From contig OZ176052.1 of NCBI GenBank assembly GCA_964247055.1, positions 10,416,001 to 10,480,000 of the forward strand: a stretch of DNA of 64,000 nucleotides, written 5' to 3'. Positions 37,615 through 49,375 of the stretch are shown here, piece by piece. The stretch is from Paragordius varius (Eukaryota; Animalia; Nematomorpha). The notes beneath the pieces were generated by a model, which ran no database searches, was not told the origin of the DNA, and saw only the letters and a program-made list of their open reading frames with translations. The position numbers and the translations under genes are program-made. How positions within the stretch are numbered: position 1 is the first letter of the stretch; each line of letters starts with the position of its first letter.

Positions 37615-39404
37615 GAAAATCATGATCCAATAACTAATAATCGATATCTCTCCAATGTTAAAGCTGTGTACGATTCCTGCATGGCTTATCAGAAAAGTCC
37701 CCAAAGTAATAATAATACATTAGCCATCGATGAGATTAGAACATTGCTCAATAGGTATGGTAGCTTAAGTCAAATCGCTTATGCAAAAACATCGATAAAT
37801 GATACCGAAAATAATGATGCAATTTTAGAAATCTTGAGTGATAATTTTTCGTTACTCCCAATGAGTTTTGATTATACAGTCCAACAATATAATCACTCGA
37901 ACAAAACAATACCCAAACTGGTTGTAAACAAGGTGAATATGGATTATTCTGAGCTAATAACGGACCAAGAGGTGTTGGAGGTAGAAATTAAGATGCTAAA
38001 GTCATTTTATTTCTCATTGGGGGGCATTGAAGAAAATTGGCAGGCATTAAATGATACGTTTAGAAATCTAATTTCACTCGTAAGAGCTATGGTATGTCTT
38101 TATTACATAAATTTTTACCGTTTTTTAACAATTGAATAAATAATTTAGTTTTTGCAGATGATGGGAATTAGTTTACATCTAACATTGGGAATTTTTATTA
38201 GTTATATTGTACGCATCTTATTGATTTTTATTAAAATCCCATTAAAAGGGTTTAGACGAGGAGCCAAATGAATTGTCTGGATCTTCATCAGGATTTTCAA
38301 CAATATCGGGATCAGGCCATTCTCATTTCCCTAATCTTGAAGATAGCTCGGGTTCTACCACAGGATCAGTTAGCGGCTTAGGATCAGGCGTATAATAATA
38401 TATTATGAGAATTATTTTGTAGTTTTACAGTACCACTTGCTTAAAAAAGAAATTATTGTGTGGTCTTACATGTTTAGAGAATTTAGATTCAAAATTTACC
38501 ATTTGTATTTAAGACAATAAAAAATACATAGAAACAATGAATTTTTTATGATTTTTCCAATCGTGTTATTGTATAGTAAATAAAAATATAATACTGTTTG
38601 AATCTGGCGGAATAGCATAAATATTAATCTTGGATTTACATTATTGTTGGGCTATCTTTTATTAACGTATAATATAAATTAAACGTCCATAATTAAATGA
38701 AATTATTTGTTGTAAGATAAGAAAAAAATAATTACAATCATTTGTTCTTTTTTACGCATACCAACAATAATGTGAATCGACCAACATTAATGTGCCTACT
38801 CTATTATAAAAATCTTTGATATTAATTTTATTAATAAATTATCAGTATTTCCTATCTCAGGCTTTTAAATTAAATACTTATGAAATACAAATGATATATT
38901 GCATATTTTAAAATTTATCTCTATAATCTAAAATTAATACATCGTCAAAAAATAATATTTTATGTTACAATTTTAAGGTTAGCAAACAGAACACAATTAT
39001 ATCCTACAACTGCAAAAATATTGATAGCAAAATTGATTGGGTAATAAATTTTATGTTAATCAATTATCTAGGAACTGAAGAGTATCAGTGATTTCAATGA
39101 GATATATGAGGTAAAAAATTATTTAATATTCTTTTATTAATAATGGATAGAAAATAGCGTTTGCTGTTATGAGAAAGCGCTGGGATAAATACGAGATCCT
39201 GTGCCAAGATACGATATTATTTGATGACCTGAAACCCAAATTTACTAAAATGTATGGCTCATTTGTCGGAGCCTTGTTCAAGGAAAACAGAACGTAAGTT
39301 GAATGTAAAAATGACGTGTCAAAATAATTGTCTTAAGGAAATATCGATAAATTTATATTATTGTAAATCTTTAAACTTGTACTAATAACAAAACTTTTAC
39401 CGAT

Positions 39405-39445
<41 letters not shown>

Positions 39446-42400
39446 CAAAATGTAATTAATAGATTGTTAAAAGATTTTCTAATCCTACGAGTGGCAAATG
39501 CGTTGGCCCCATACACTGTCCCAGATTACAGAGATCATCAGGCCGGGTTAAACGAAATCCAAAAATATTTTAACTCCTCCAACCTGGCAGCCAGGTGTGT
39601 AAATATGATAATTTCAGAGCAAGTGGATTTATCAAAATACTCAATTTATTTGAGTCTACAAAATACTTCCGTTTCTACAGTAAAATATTGACACCTTTTC
39701 TTATACTATTTAGTGGTGTAATGCGATTTTACATTCAATATTTATATTCTATACAGTTGAGAAATATAGTGAATGAGTATGTGAACAAAAGTGATTTGTA
39801 CAACCACAATGACACAGATTATTTAGTAATTTTTTAATAGCTATTTTGTAGGAATTCCTCAAAGAAACTGTACCAAACATGTATGTTCATTATCATAATT
39901 CGATTGAAATGGTACGTATTTTATATTACTATAACTCAAATTGAATTATTGGCTGTTTCGTTTACTATTAGTAATAAAGGTTACATTTATTTGAATAAAC
40001 TATTTCAAATTTGCCAAACATAGATATATTGTCCATTTAATTGTATCATATAAAACAAATACTAAAACCGTAATCTTTTCTCTTTCAATATATTTATTAT
40101 ATGAGTTGGTACCCACAATTATAATATTTGTTATGAATAAGATTAATCCAATGCCAACAGGCGAATTCTTTCTTTCTAACATGTATGATCTCAAGGAGTC
40201 CACACACTTTCTCAATACTGCCTCATCTCTGTAAGTTTCAAATCGTTTTCACAATTAAGTATTTACTACTTTTCTAAATTGCTTAATTTTGGATAAGGGG
40301 CAAACTGGCCAATTTTGAATGAATAATTTATAATAAATATTATATTAATACTGAAACTTCAAAAGGCCTAAAAAAATATGGTTATGCTCGCTCTCTATGC
40401 ATTTCATCCATACGTGGTGCAAGGAAAAATAAGTTTTGAAATAATTGAGTTTTTCTGTTTATAGAACTAAATATAACATTTTTACAGTCTTACAGTAAGT
40501 CCAGTTAAATTCTTCGCAAATAGCTCATTAATTAAATTTCTGCGACTGCACTAAAATATCGTAGACCGCATAAATTTTTTAGCCTCCCGAGCTAATTTCA
40601 TATCCACTCACATTTCATTCTTTCGAAATAAGATTTGTCATATAATTATATTTTTTATAAGACAATAGCGTTATTAAAGTAAGAAAATCTAAACAAAAGA
40701 ATTGATGGAGTAAATAACGACGAGGGTTTGTAATGTAAACTATGTGGAAATTGTCGTAAATTTTCGCCATAGAAAAGTATATATGCAAAAATTGAATTTT
40801 TATAGAATTATATGTACCATTTTCACTTCAAGTTGGTCCTACACTTCATGGTCCCCCACACTTTAACCTTCAATATCCTTATTTTAAGTTTAGATCTCAC
40901 CATAAATTCATGTTTTATTTAATTACTTTTTAACCTGATTTTCTTTATTTATTATATATTTTTCATTTAAAAATAAAATTTTATATTCAAAATCGCTTTT
41001 TTGTTCCAAACTATTTCTAATTTAATAAAATTAATACCATGTAAATGTTTTTACTGATAAATTGTAATTATTAACCCAGAAAATTTATATATATTATTTA
41101 AAAACATGTTAAAATGTTATAAATATATAAAATAAATTTTAGGAAATTAAAGATATACGGTTTCTTAATTATTAAAATTAATATTGATTTAAAGTTTTTG
41201 TTAAATAAAGAAAATTTGTTAAAAATGATAAAATAGATGAATTATACACGATTCGATTGATAAAAGTTAAAAACAAAACAAAGTTAAAGGACCAACTTGA
41301 TTCAAGTATTCAGGGACCAACTTGAAATGCACAAGGACCAGCATGAAGTTTTTAAGGACCAACTTAAAGATTCAAGGACACTCTTGAATTGCAAATGGTA
41401 TATATATATATATATATATATACTTAACTGTTCTCCTGATGATGCCTATGCGAAAATTTGAGAACAATAAATTATATTTTATTCTTATTCTATGACGATT
41501 CCCACATTGAAAGTGAATATCTGGCATATAAAATAAAGCCAAAGATTGTATGCATTACCTTAGGTTTGTTTAAACTTCCTTATATACATTAGTATGGTAT
41601 AAAATAAATAATATACCTATATAGAATGCATGCCAAAATTTTAAAAGAATTGTTGAACCTGGTGATCTTATTTTGTATTATATTTTTTAACACATTCGAA
41701 AAATAAAGACGCTTTTTAAAAAATTGTCCAAAACCCAATTTTTAAAAAGGCCATTTAATATTTTCCATCTGACATATGTATAAATTGGTAGGTACTCAGA
41801 ATATTGCTCTAAACATTTTATACGTCTTGACAATTAAAAATTCTGGGTATTATTTTTCTGGCAACCATTTTTTACCCTAAATAAAATTATAACATCCTTT
41901 GAAATATATTAAATTTATATGAATTATTATATACATATAGTTGGGTGCAATTGGATCTTAAGCCTGAGGCCACTTTTATGTATGATTACCATAAAATTAC
42001 ATATAAATATATTTGATAAATGTATACTGATGTATTTCTTATTACACAGCAATTATTTCAGACTTGGATACCAACTCCTACCTTATTATAGTATCTAACC
42101 TAAATATTCTTAATTTAAATCATCATATTTTTATTTATTATTATGCAACTTATATAGTAAAATGCAATGAAGATTTTATGGAATTAAATCTTTTGCAAAG
42201 GGCCATAAAATTTGCAACGGTATGAATGACTATTACCAAAAAACTTTTTAATTAAAATACCAAATATATTATTATCTGAATTAAAAGTAGATTGCTTCTT
42301 CTAATCAGAGTCAACCAGCTGATATGACCGAATCGCAATTTGAATTAATTCTGGAAGTATCTGATTTTTGTTAAAAGTGTTTGTCTTTTATTTTATTAAA

Positions 42401-42766
42401 TATTTTTGGTATTATTAATACATATCTTTTTAGGAATATTGTGAAAATCCATATATGGAATGGATTTTGAAAAAAAATTTACTTTTAACGCTTGGATCCC
42501 TGGAATCAGCTAAACGGAAATTCTCGTGCAAGCCTCTTCATATATCCTGTGAAGATGAGCTACTTAGTATAACAACATAGATATATCTTTAAACTTTATA
42601 TTATTAAACTATTGGGTTCATGATTGTAATCATTATTTTATCTATGATGATTTTTTGATTTATTTTGGTTAAAATAAATTTTTCAGCATCCATCCTTTTT
42701 AAACTGTTTTACCTAGTTGTTTGTGAATTCATTCAAATAATATATATACCACGATTTGATAAATGA
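37321..42766 (+). CDS. Diverged M13 (neprilysin/ECE-like) homolog, predicted non-catalytic. Exons: 37321-37408, 37442-37543, 37616-38091, 38249-38389, 38978-39040, 39072-39110, 39151-39293, 39463-39679, 39852-39911, then tentative 40142-40230, 42050-42090, 42158-42219, 42291-42356, 42434-42548, 42581-42667, 42687-42766 (622 aa model)
   Basis: Signal-like N-terminus, C-x7-C, NVKAVYDSCM (cf. KAK.FY.SCM), KIDW, TLLKDFLILRV (cf. TLANY..WR.V), ARCV (cf. RW..CV) and ILFKLFYLVVC (cf. QLFF...AQ.WC). All 16 exons join in frame with GT-AG. The 3' half is far less certain; a possible extra terminal exon lies at 43177-43233 (IFWVKSTACGFSSVPECV*). Confidence 0.62.
40817..41398. mobile_element. TA-flanked MITE (582 bp) with CCATTT termini and aaggaccaacttga subterminal repeats, intronic
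   Basis: ta|ccattttcacttcaag ... cttgaattgcaaatgg|tatata. The repeat motif occurs 4-5 times on the right and inverted on the left. Confidence 0.65.
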
Positions 42767-45293
42767 CAAATTTGGTAATGTAAGTTTAATTTTTCGAAAA
42801 AATTTAATTATAAATTTTTAACGGTTATAAGGATATAAATAGTAGCGTAGTAAAAGGAGGGTTTGGAGTTAACTTAAGAGCCATAATTTAGGTGTACGGG
42901 CTATTTTATTCAAAAGGTATTATAACAATCAATAGCCAAAGAATAATATTTGACTGAGCTGGATTTTAATACATTAAAAAATCTCAACTCAAAATTAATC
43001 TTTGCAACAAAATTGGGCATCAAATTTAAGGATTGAACCTTATTGACAATTAATATATTTATTAAATTATAAAATTTGTATGGAATATATTTTAAACGGG
43101 CCTATCGAGCCTAAAATGTTACAATATCACAAATGCCTAAATTGCTAAATCGCAAAATCCGCTCACATTATGGTAGATTTTTTGGGTAAAAAGCACAGCT
43201 TGTGGTTTCTCCTCGGTTCCTGAATGTGTTTAAAATAGAAACAACATATAATTTATATCTCAAATTTAGTTCATTTATTAACTGATTGCTTTGTAGTGGT
43301 ACAGGTGTATATATATATATTTTAGCAAGGATAATTAACGTAATAAATTAGAATACTATTTGTATCAAGTACAATGTCATATAAAATATCCATATATATT
43401 AAACTACTTATTAAATACAATGTCATATAAAATATAAATAATAATTTAACTTAAGGTTATAAACTTGGCAACTATAAATACCATTATACAATGTCATATA
43501 AATTAAATAATGAATATAATTAACTTAAGGTTATACCAAATTAACAGTTCCATTTTCATATTACCATGAACCAACCCGCTTCCGGTTTCAAACCATCAAA
43601 ATGAATAGGTCCCATATGGTTTTATTTAAAAAAATAAAATTTTTTGTTAAAATATTTAATGTATATTGTAAAAAAATTTTCTAGTTTCTTATCAAATTAG
43701 AATGATTACATTTTAAAATTTGTTTTATAAAAAAATTTTTGAATAGAATTGATCGTATGATAATCGTATCTAATTTAAATGGAATTACCATGTTGACAAT
43801 ATTTTTGGATATCTTACCTTCAACGATTGAAGAAATCCACAGATATAATTTAAGTAAATAAATTGATATTGGTAAAAACCAAAATTAAATCGTGCATAAT
43901 AAATTACCCATAATAATAAAATATGAGCCCCGCTATATATCAGTGATACTCAAACCGCAGTCCTTAAGATTTTTTGGCGACAGATTTAAAGGTATTGTAA
44001 GGTTGCATTAGCGATACATTTTATGGCTCACAATACACAAAAAAACTTTTCAAATTTTAAATTTTTGGATTTGATAAGTAGTCTGACAGAATTTTCCGTA
44101 CAAACATTTTTAAAGTTGTTAAGATTTTTTCCATAGGTATACAAATACTCTTTTTACCTACCTTTGCATTTATACATTTGGCCATTTAATTTATCTAATA
44201 AACTATGTGATTTACCATTATTGATATTTTAATAATTACAATAAAAATGTTGTATAAAAATCATTTAATAAAAAGATAGATACCAAAATAAAACCGATCC
44301 CAAATGTAAAGAATCGGCTCCGTAACTCTTAATTTTTAAGGGACCACCCCTACTCTATTTTTAAATTTTTTGAAACCAGGTTCTGGTTCTAACTGTCCAG
44401 AAACCACGACACTTGTTCCGATTCCCCTTCTTCGAACCCGTTTGAAGCCCTGGGAAAAACTAAATATTTTAATTGGTATTTTAAGCTTTCCTTCAATTGA
44501 TGTTGTGTTTTGTCAAAATTTATTGCTTGAGGACTCACGTGCAACTTTAAGTTTACAAAATAGGCTCTTGCCAGTCGCGATAAAAAATTTATTTAGTGCT
44601 ATATTTATAGAATGAAATGTATGCTCAAAAATCGCTTATATTACTTCTCAGTAAGACTTATCAGCATGTTATTAAGGTGTATATGTTATTGCTATATATA
44701 TACTTTGTGTGCAAATAAATTTTTAAGAAAAATTTTTTTTTTCACGAGATAACTTATGACCAGCGTATTCATTTGCCTCAAAAATTTTAATTTGTTGACA
44801 ACCTAGTTTTTGAAATATTGAAAGAAAATCGAAATCGGGCAAATTAAAATTAAAGATAATTCAAAAAACAATGATAAAATTTGAAATATTATGGTTTATT
44901 CATTTTAGTAAATATTTTCAATATATAAATAGCCTAAAATCATAATAGTTAGGGTGTCTATAAAATTTCAGCTCAAAAGATGGCGTTCTTTTATCACACT
45001 TAAAATACAAAAAAAATTTAATTTCTATCTTAAAATAATTTTTTTAATTATTTACTACCTAAACTGACTATTAAAATCTTAACATTTATATTATATTCAG
45101 TAAAAAATACTTATATATCAAAATAAAACCCAAAATATTGTTTATTATTTTTGCATTTTTTTGTCATCTGGTTTATGAGTGTATAAAAAATATATATTGT
45201 TTTTTGGATTTTTACATGAGTGGGAATCAAGTTTATAATTTATGCAAAATAGGATTTAAAAGTAGTGGAATATCAACCAACATTCCTCTAATC

Positions 45294-47420
45294 CAGTGAT
45301 ACTCAAACCGCGGCCCGCGGGCCGCATGCGGCCCTAAGAGTGCTTTAAAATTGCCCTATGACCATAATGATAGATATTTTTTTTATTGATGAATTTTTAA
45401 AATACACATAAACGAATTTTCGCTTATTTTAATATCAATTTATTTTCTTTACATCTATTTCGTAATTTCTATTTTTTACCCAATTCGGTAGAAAAATTTC
45501 CCTAAAAATGATTTCCAAATTTTGAAACACGTTGTCTCTGTTTCTGTATTCTATTTTCTATTTTGAAATTTTTATTGAATTCCTTTTTTGTATTTCAGCA
45601 AGCTTTTCACCCAAACTTGCATATACATATTTTTTCCATAGCGATCCTAAATTATTTTTTATAACTCCCATAAAATATTTTTCAAATCAACATCATTAAA
45701 TTTTTACCTATTTTTTATAGCATAATTCAAATTATATTCCTATTTTTTGCAAAAATTTACATAATATTTATAAATTTAAAGGATGACATCTAATGCTAAA
45801 AAACGTATACTGATAAAAATCGCTCTTTAAAAAGGAATGGGAAGAAAAATTCTTTGTCGTTTTTAAAAATGTTGATACTTGCCTTATATGCAAGATCAAC
45901 ATAATTATTGAAAAATACAATATTGAAAGACATTTTACAATCTATCATTCTCATAAATTACCAAAAAATCACGAGGAAAGAATAATTAATAAATTAAGGA
46001 ATTATCAGAAAGAAAATCTATTATTTTTATAGCTTTCTCCCAGGAAAAGCTGTAACATTAGCTTCGTATGAAATTTGTTATATTTTAGGAAAAATATGAA
46101 ACCGTTTACTGATTCCCAACTAAGAAAAGAATGTCTAATAAGTGATAGCTCTTTTTTCGATAATAATGGTATATTTATCAAAAAAATTGGTTTCGATCTG
46201 CACAAATGGCTGTCCCTTTATGAAACGAAGGATTTATTCCTCTTTTGAAAAACAAAAATAATTTGAAAAATATTTACTCAACAGCAAAACTTGGTTTCCT
46301 GTGTAAAAGATGAATCACTCAATTCAGTAATTAAAACGGTTGTGGATATAGTTAACCTACGAGAGAATTTAGCAGCCGTAAATTCTAAACCCTCTGAAAG
46401 ATATCCACAGTGAGTTTAATAATATTCTTTTGTACACCGCTGTGAGATGGCTAAGCCTTAGCAAAGTATTAAATAGATTTTTTGTTTTAAGAAATGAGAT
46501 TGTATTATTTATAAAAGACAACAGAAAGTTTGACAAGGAAATTAATAGTGACCAATGGTGGGTTTTTTTGCCTACCTTTGCGACATTTACTTATAGACTT
46601 AGTCTTAATACAAGTTTCCAAGGGAGCAAAATATTAACCCAATTTGCTAATCAAATATTTGCTTTTGAAGAAAAATAAATAATATATAAACAAGAATTTA
46701 TAAATAAAACACTCCTATATTTTCCAACATTTAAAATAGACAATCATTTTGCATTTTTATATAATGAAATGAAATTTAATTTGAAGAACTAAAAAATATT
46801 AAAAATTGCTTAAAACTCGTGGAAAATCCATGGTATGGATATATTTAATATTAAGCAATTTGAGCATCTCGGTTTTGATCAGGCGCTTATCATTGAAGAA
46901 TTCGTAGATTTTAAAAATGATTCCAATTCGGAGGCTATATATAAGGAGAATCGAAGAGAAGAAAGATATGTATGGTTTTGGCAAGATGTGCCAAATAAAT
47001 ATGAAAATATAAAAAAAATGTGCTCAAGTTATCCTAACTGTTTTTTCTCAAGTTACCCGTGGACAGCATATTCAAAAATAAGGTATCTCAAGAATAGATA
47101 CAGAAATCGCTTAACCGATAATCATATAGACGACGTATTAAGATTGGTCTGTCATGAGGCGAAACCAAATTTGTCAAAAATTATTGGTTAATATCAAAAT
47201 AAATGTTGTTATCAAAATATTTATTTTTTTAAACTAAATGGTGCAAAACGAGTTTTTAGTTGGATTTACATGCGGGCATAAAATTAATTGTGCTGATTTA
47301 AAGTATAAATATGTGCATATGTGTCAAATAGCTGTGGAAATTTGCTATTATAAGATTCTGGCCCTCGAAAAAAATATATATTTTATTTGGCCCGTCAAAT
47401 TTTTTTCGTGAGTACCACTG
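45294..47420 (+). mobile_element. Decayed autonomous-type hAT transposon (GTF2IRD2/Charlie/Buster-like), 2127 bp
   Basis: TIRs cagtgatactca / gtgagtaccactg and perfect 8-bp TSD ctctaatc. Broken transposase pieces: KKEWEEKFF..TCLICK...KYNIERHF (BED-type), YTAVRWLSLSKVLNRFFVLRNEI, and KNRYRNRLTDNHIDDVLRL. Confidence 0.92.
45785..47191 (+). pseudogene. hAT transposase pseudogene (frameshifts, stops, internal deletions)
   Basis: Motifs listed above lie in different frames; ORF-track pieces 46430-46678 and 46835-47191. Confidence 0.88.
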
Positions 47421-48139
47421 CTCTAATCCCTGTAGCAAGTCTGTTTTATGACAAATTAATATTTGTATTGGGATTTGTACGGATTGTTGGTTGACATTCC
47501 ACTAATTTTAAATCCTGTTATGCATAAATTATATACTTTATAATTCGTACTCATGTAAGATTTCAAAATAAAACAGTATAAATTTTTTATACACTCACAG
47601 AACAGATGACATTAATGTAAAACCGAAAAACAATGTTTTACTATATATCAGTTTTTTTACTGAATAAAGTATGAATTTTAAGATTCTAATGGTAGTAAAT
47701 AATTAAAAAAAAATTTAATATAGTTTTTTAAAAAAATTTGTCTTGTGAGTGTTTTAAAAAACGCCATCTTTGAGCTTAAATTTTATAGAAACCCTAACTA
47801 TATGATTTTAGGCTATTTATATATTGAAAATATATCCTAAAATGATAATAAACCATAAAATCTCAAATTTTATAATTATCCGTAATTTTCACTTTTTGCC
47901 CGATTTCGATTTTCTCTCAATATTTCAAAAACTGAGTTGTCAACAAATATTAATTTTGGCAGCAAATGAATTCAGTGGTTATAAGCTATCTCATGAAATA
48001 ATTTTTTTCGTTAAATCAAAAATGGCCCTGTTTTTTGCACACAGTGTATATATATTTTAGGAAATGTTAACGTCGCATGAGCATTATAAAAAAAATCGGT
48101 CACTGATGGTTTCTTCTTTATTAAAATTTTAGAAGTATA

Positions 48140-48440
48140 TTTTATTGAAGTTAAGGAAAAAGCCGGCGTGTCTTATATTGTGAGAAAATTTGCGAAGCAT
48201 CATAAGATTTGATGTAGTCGCTGTTAAGCATCTTTCTTTACCTATTGGTCATAAAAGAATGAGATAAAGTATTTACTTGTTAACTGGTTTGTGGATGATG
48301 GGGTGCACTGTTATTATTTTGGACTCAAAGGTTGTAAAATAAGAGCCATTCTTCGTATAATTAAAAACCGTAAGCTCAAAAGCATTTTAACTAAGAAATT
48401 ATACCATCCATTATACTTCTACGGTGAGGATATCTATATT
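48140..48440 (-). mobile_element. Old, degraded gypsy-type integrase fragment
   Basis: Minus-strand NNNSAPHHPQTS*QVNTL and IFSQYKT resemble T.PYHPQSNG.AER and L..YR.T of LTR-retrotransposon integrases; many stops. Confidence 0.4.
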
Positions 48441-48637
48441 AATTTTGGATTTCGGGACACAAAATTTGACATTTTTGGACCCGTTAAAATGTTATACCAA
48501 TCGATGCTGCTAAATCTTTCCATAATTTCATAGTGATTAGCGGAAATTGAAATTAATTATGTGTGTTTTTTAATGACACTAATATAATTTGAAGGCAAAC
48601 TCTTTTAAAATTTTCAGCAGAATAGAATAATGTAGAA

Positions 48638-48985
48638 CAAGGGTGGCCAACCTTTTTTCCGCTTTGGGAAAAAATACGCTGGCAGGCATGAATATTAGGT
48701 GTTAAAAGATTCACTTTTCACTTTAACACAAATATATATCTATTTAAGGATTGGGGTGACTAGAAGCCATTTTAAAATTATTACAAAAATAATTATTTTG
48801 AATAGTTTTTATAGAACATAATTTTATCAAAATACTATTGCGATGATTCAGAAGACCTCTGTTTGCCACAATCTGTGCACATATAAAACATTTACATTAT
48901 TCAATTTATTAAATTTACAATGAATAATTAACTGTACAATTTGCGACGGAGTTAAGATGATTAAAAAATGGTTTTTGTAGCTTGG
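48638..48985 (+). mobile_element. hAT end fragment, same family as 33098-33480
   Basis: Colinear with 33098-33480 (gatgattcagaaga..tctg.ttgccacaatc, aaatttacaatg.ataattaactg). Confidence 0.75.
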
Positions 48986-49069
48986 AAAAGATCTTTATAA
49001 TTATAAAAAGCGAAAAGGAATTTATTATAGCATAAATTATATCTTTGTGTACAAATTATATTGCATTAT

Positions 49070-49362
49070 TGTTATCTTTTAAGATAAAGAGATAATATAA
49101 GAAATGTGAAATGAACTATTTATTTGGTTTTTTTAGGGTGTATATATAGTAATTTTAGTTGTACATGATTTGCATTATATCAATAAAATTTCAAGTAACA
49201 AAGGTTATAATATTTACATAATACACAAAAAATATAGAAAATAATACAATTCAAATAACGGTGAAAGTTATGATATATAACCAAGGTATGTATTTCACAT
49301 TTGCATGTAACGCAGAAAATCAAGATATAAAAATAAAGTATATCTTTCAGATTTGCATAACA
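49070..49362 (-). repeat. 3' LTR (~293 bp)
   Basis: On the minus strand it begins tgttatgc right after the polypurine tract and ends ataaca (TGTTAT...ATAACA). The distal boundary is inferred from the terminal IR only; no second LTR was found to confirm it. Confidence 0.65.
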
Positions 49363-49365
49363 TCA

Positions 49366-49375
49366 CTTCCCCCTT
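49366..49375 (-). other. Polypurine tract (aagggggaag)
   Basis: Lies between the pol stop codon and the LTR start. Confidence 0.8.

Larger units (their letters stand above)
44701..48046. mobile_element. TA-flanked foldback element (~585-bp inverted arms, ~60-bp loop) carrying a hAT insertion; Tc1/mariner-like terminus CACTGTGTGCA
   Basis: 44701-45285 is the reverse complement of ~47470-48046 throughout (e.g. gaaaatcgaaatcgggcaaa / tttgcccgatttcgattttc; aaatagcctaaaatcata / tatgattttaggctattt). Flanked by TA. Confidence 0.8.

Noticed and set aside
37576-37615. MLYIIYIYIYIYI N-terminus of the 187-aa ORF
   Set aside because: Translation of an intronic (TA)n run; the exon starts at 37616.
24700-41390. 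Short direct-repeat arrays (21 bp near 24710; ~14 bp near 41290) as CRISPR-like
   Set aside because: No unique spacers of regular length and no cas genes; eukaryotic context; explained as MITE subterminal repeats.
42619-42633. HDCNH as the true, functional M13 zinc motif
   Set aside because: Lacks the catalytic Glu, and motif order fits the GENIAD region better; kept only as an alternative alignment.
43370-43520. Short tandem repeats tacaatgtcatataaa (x3) and taacttaaggttata (x2)
   Set aside because: Local slippage duplications with no further structure.
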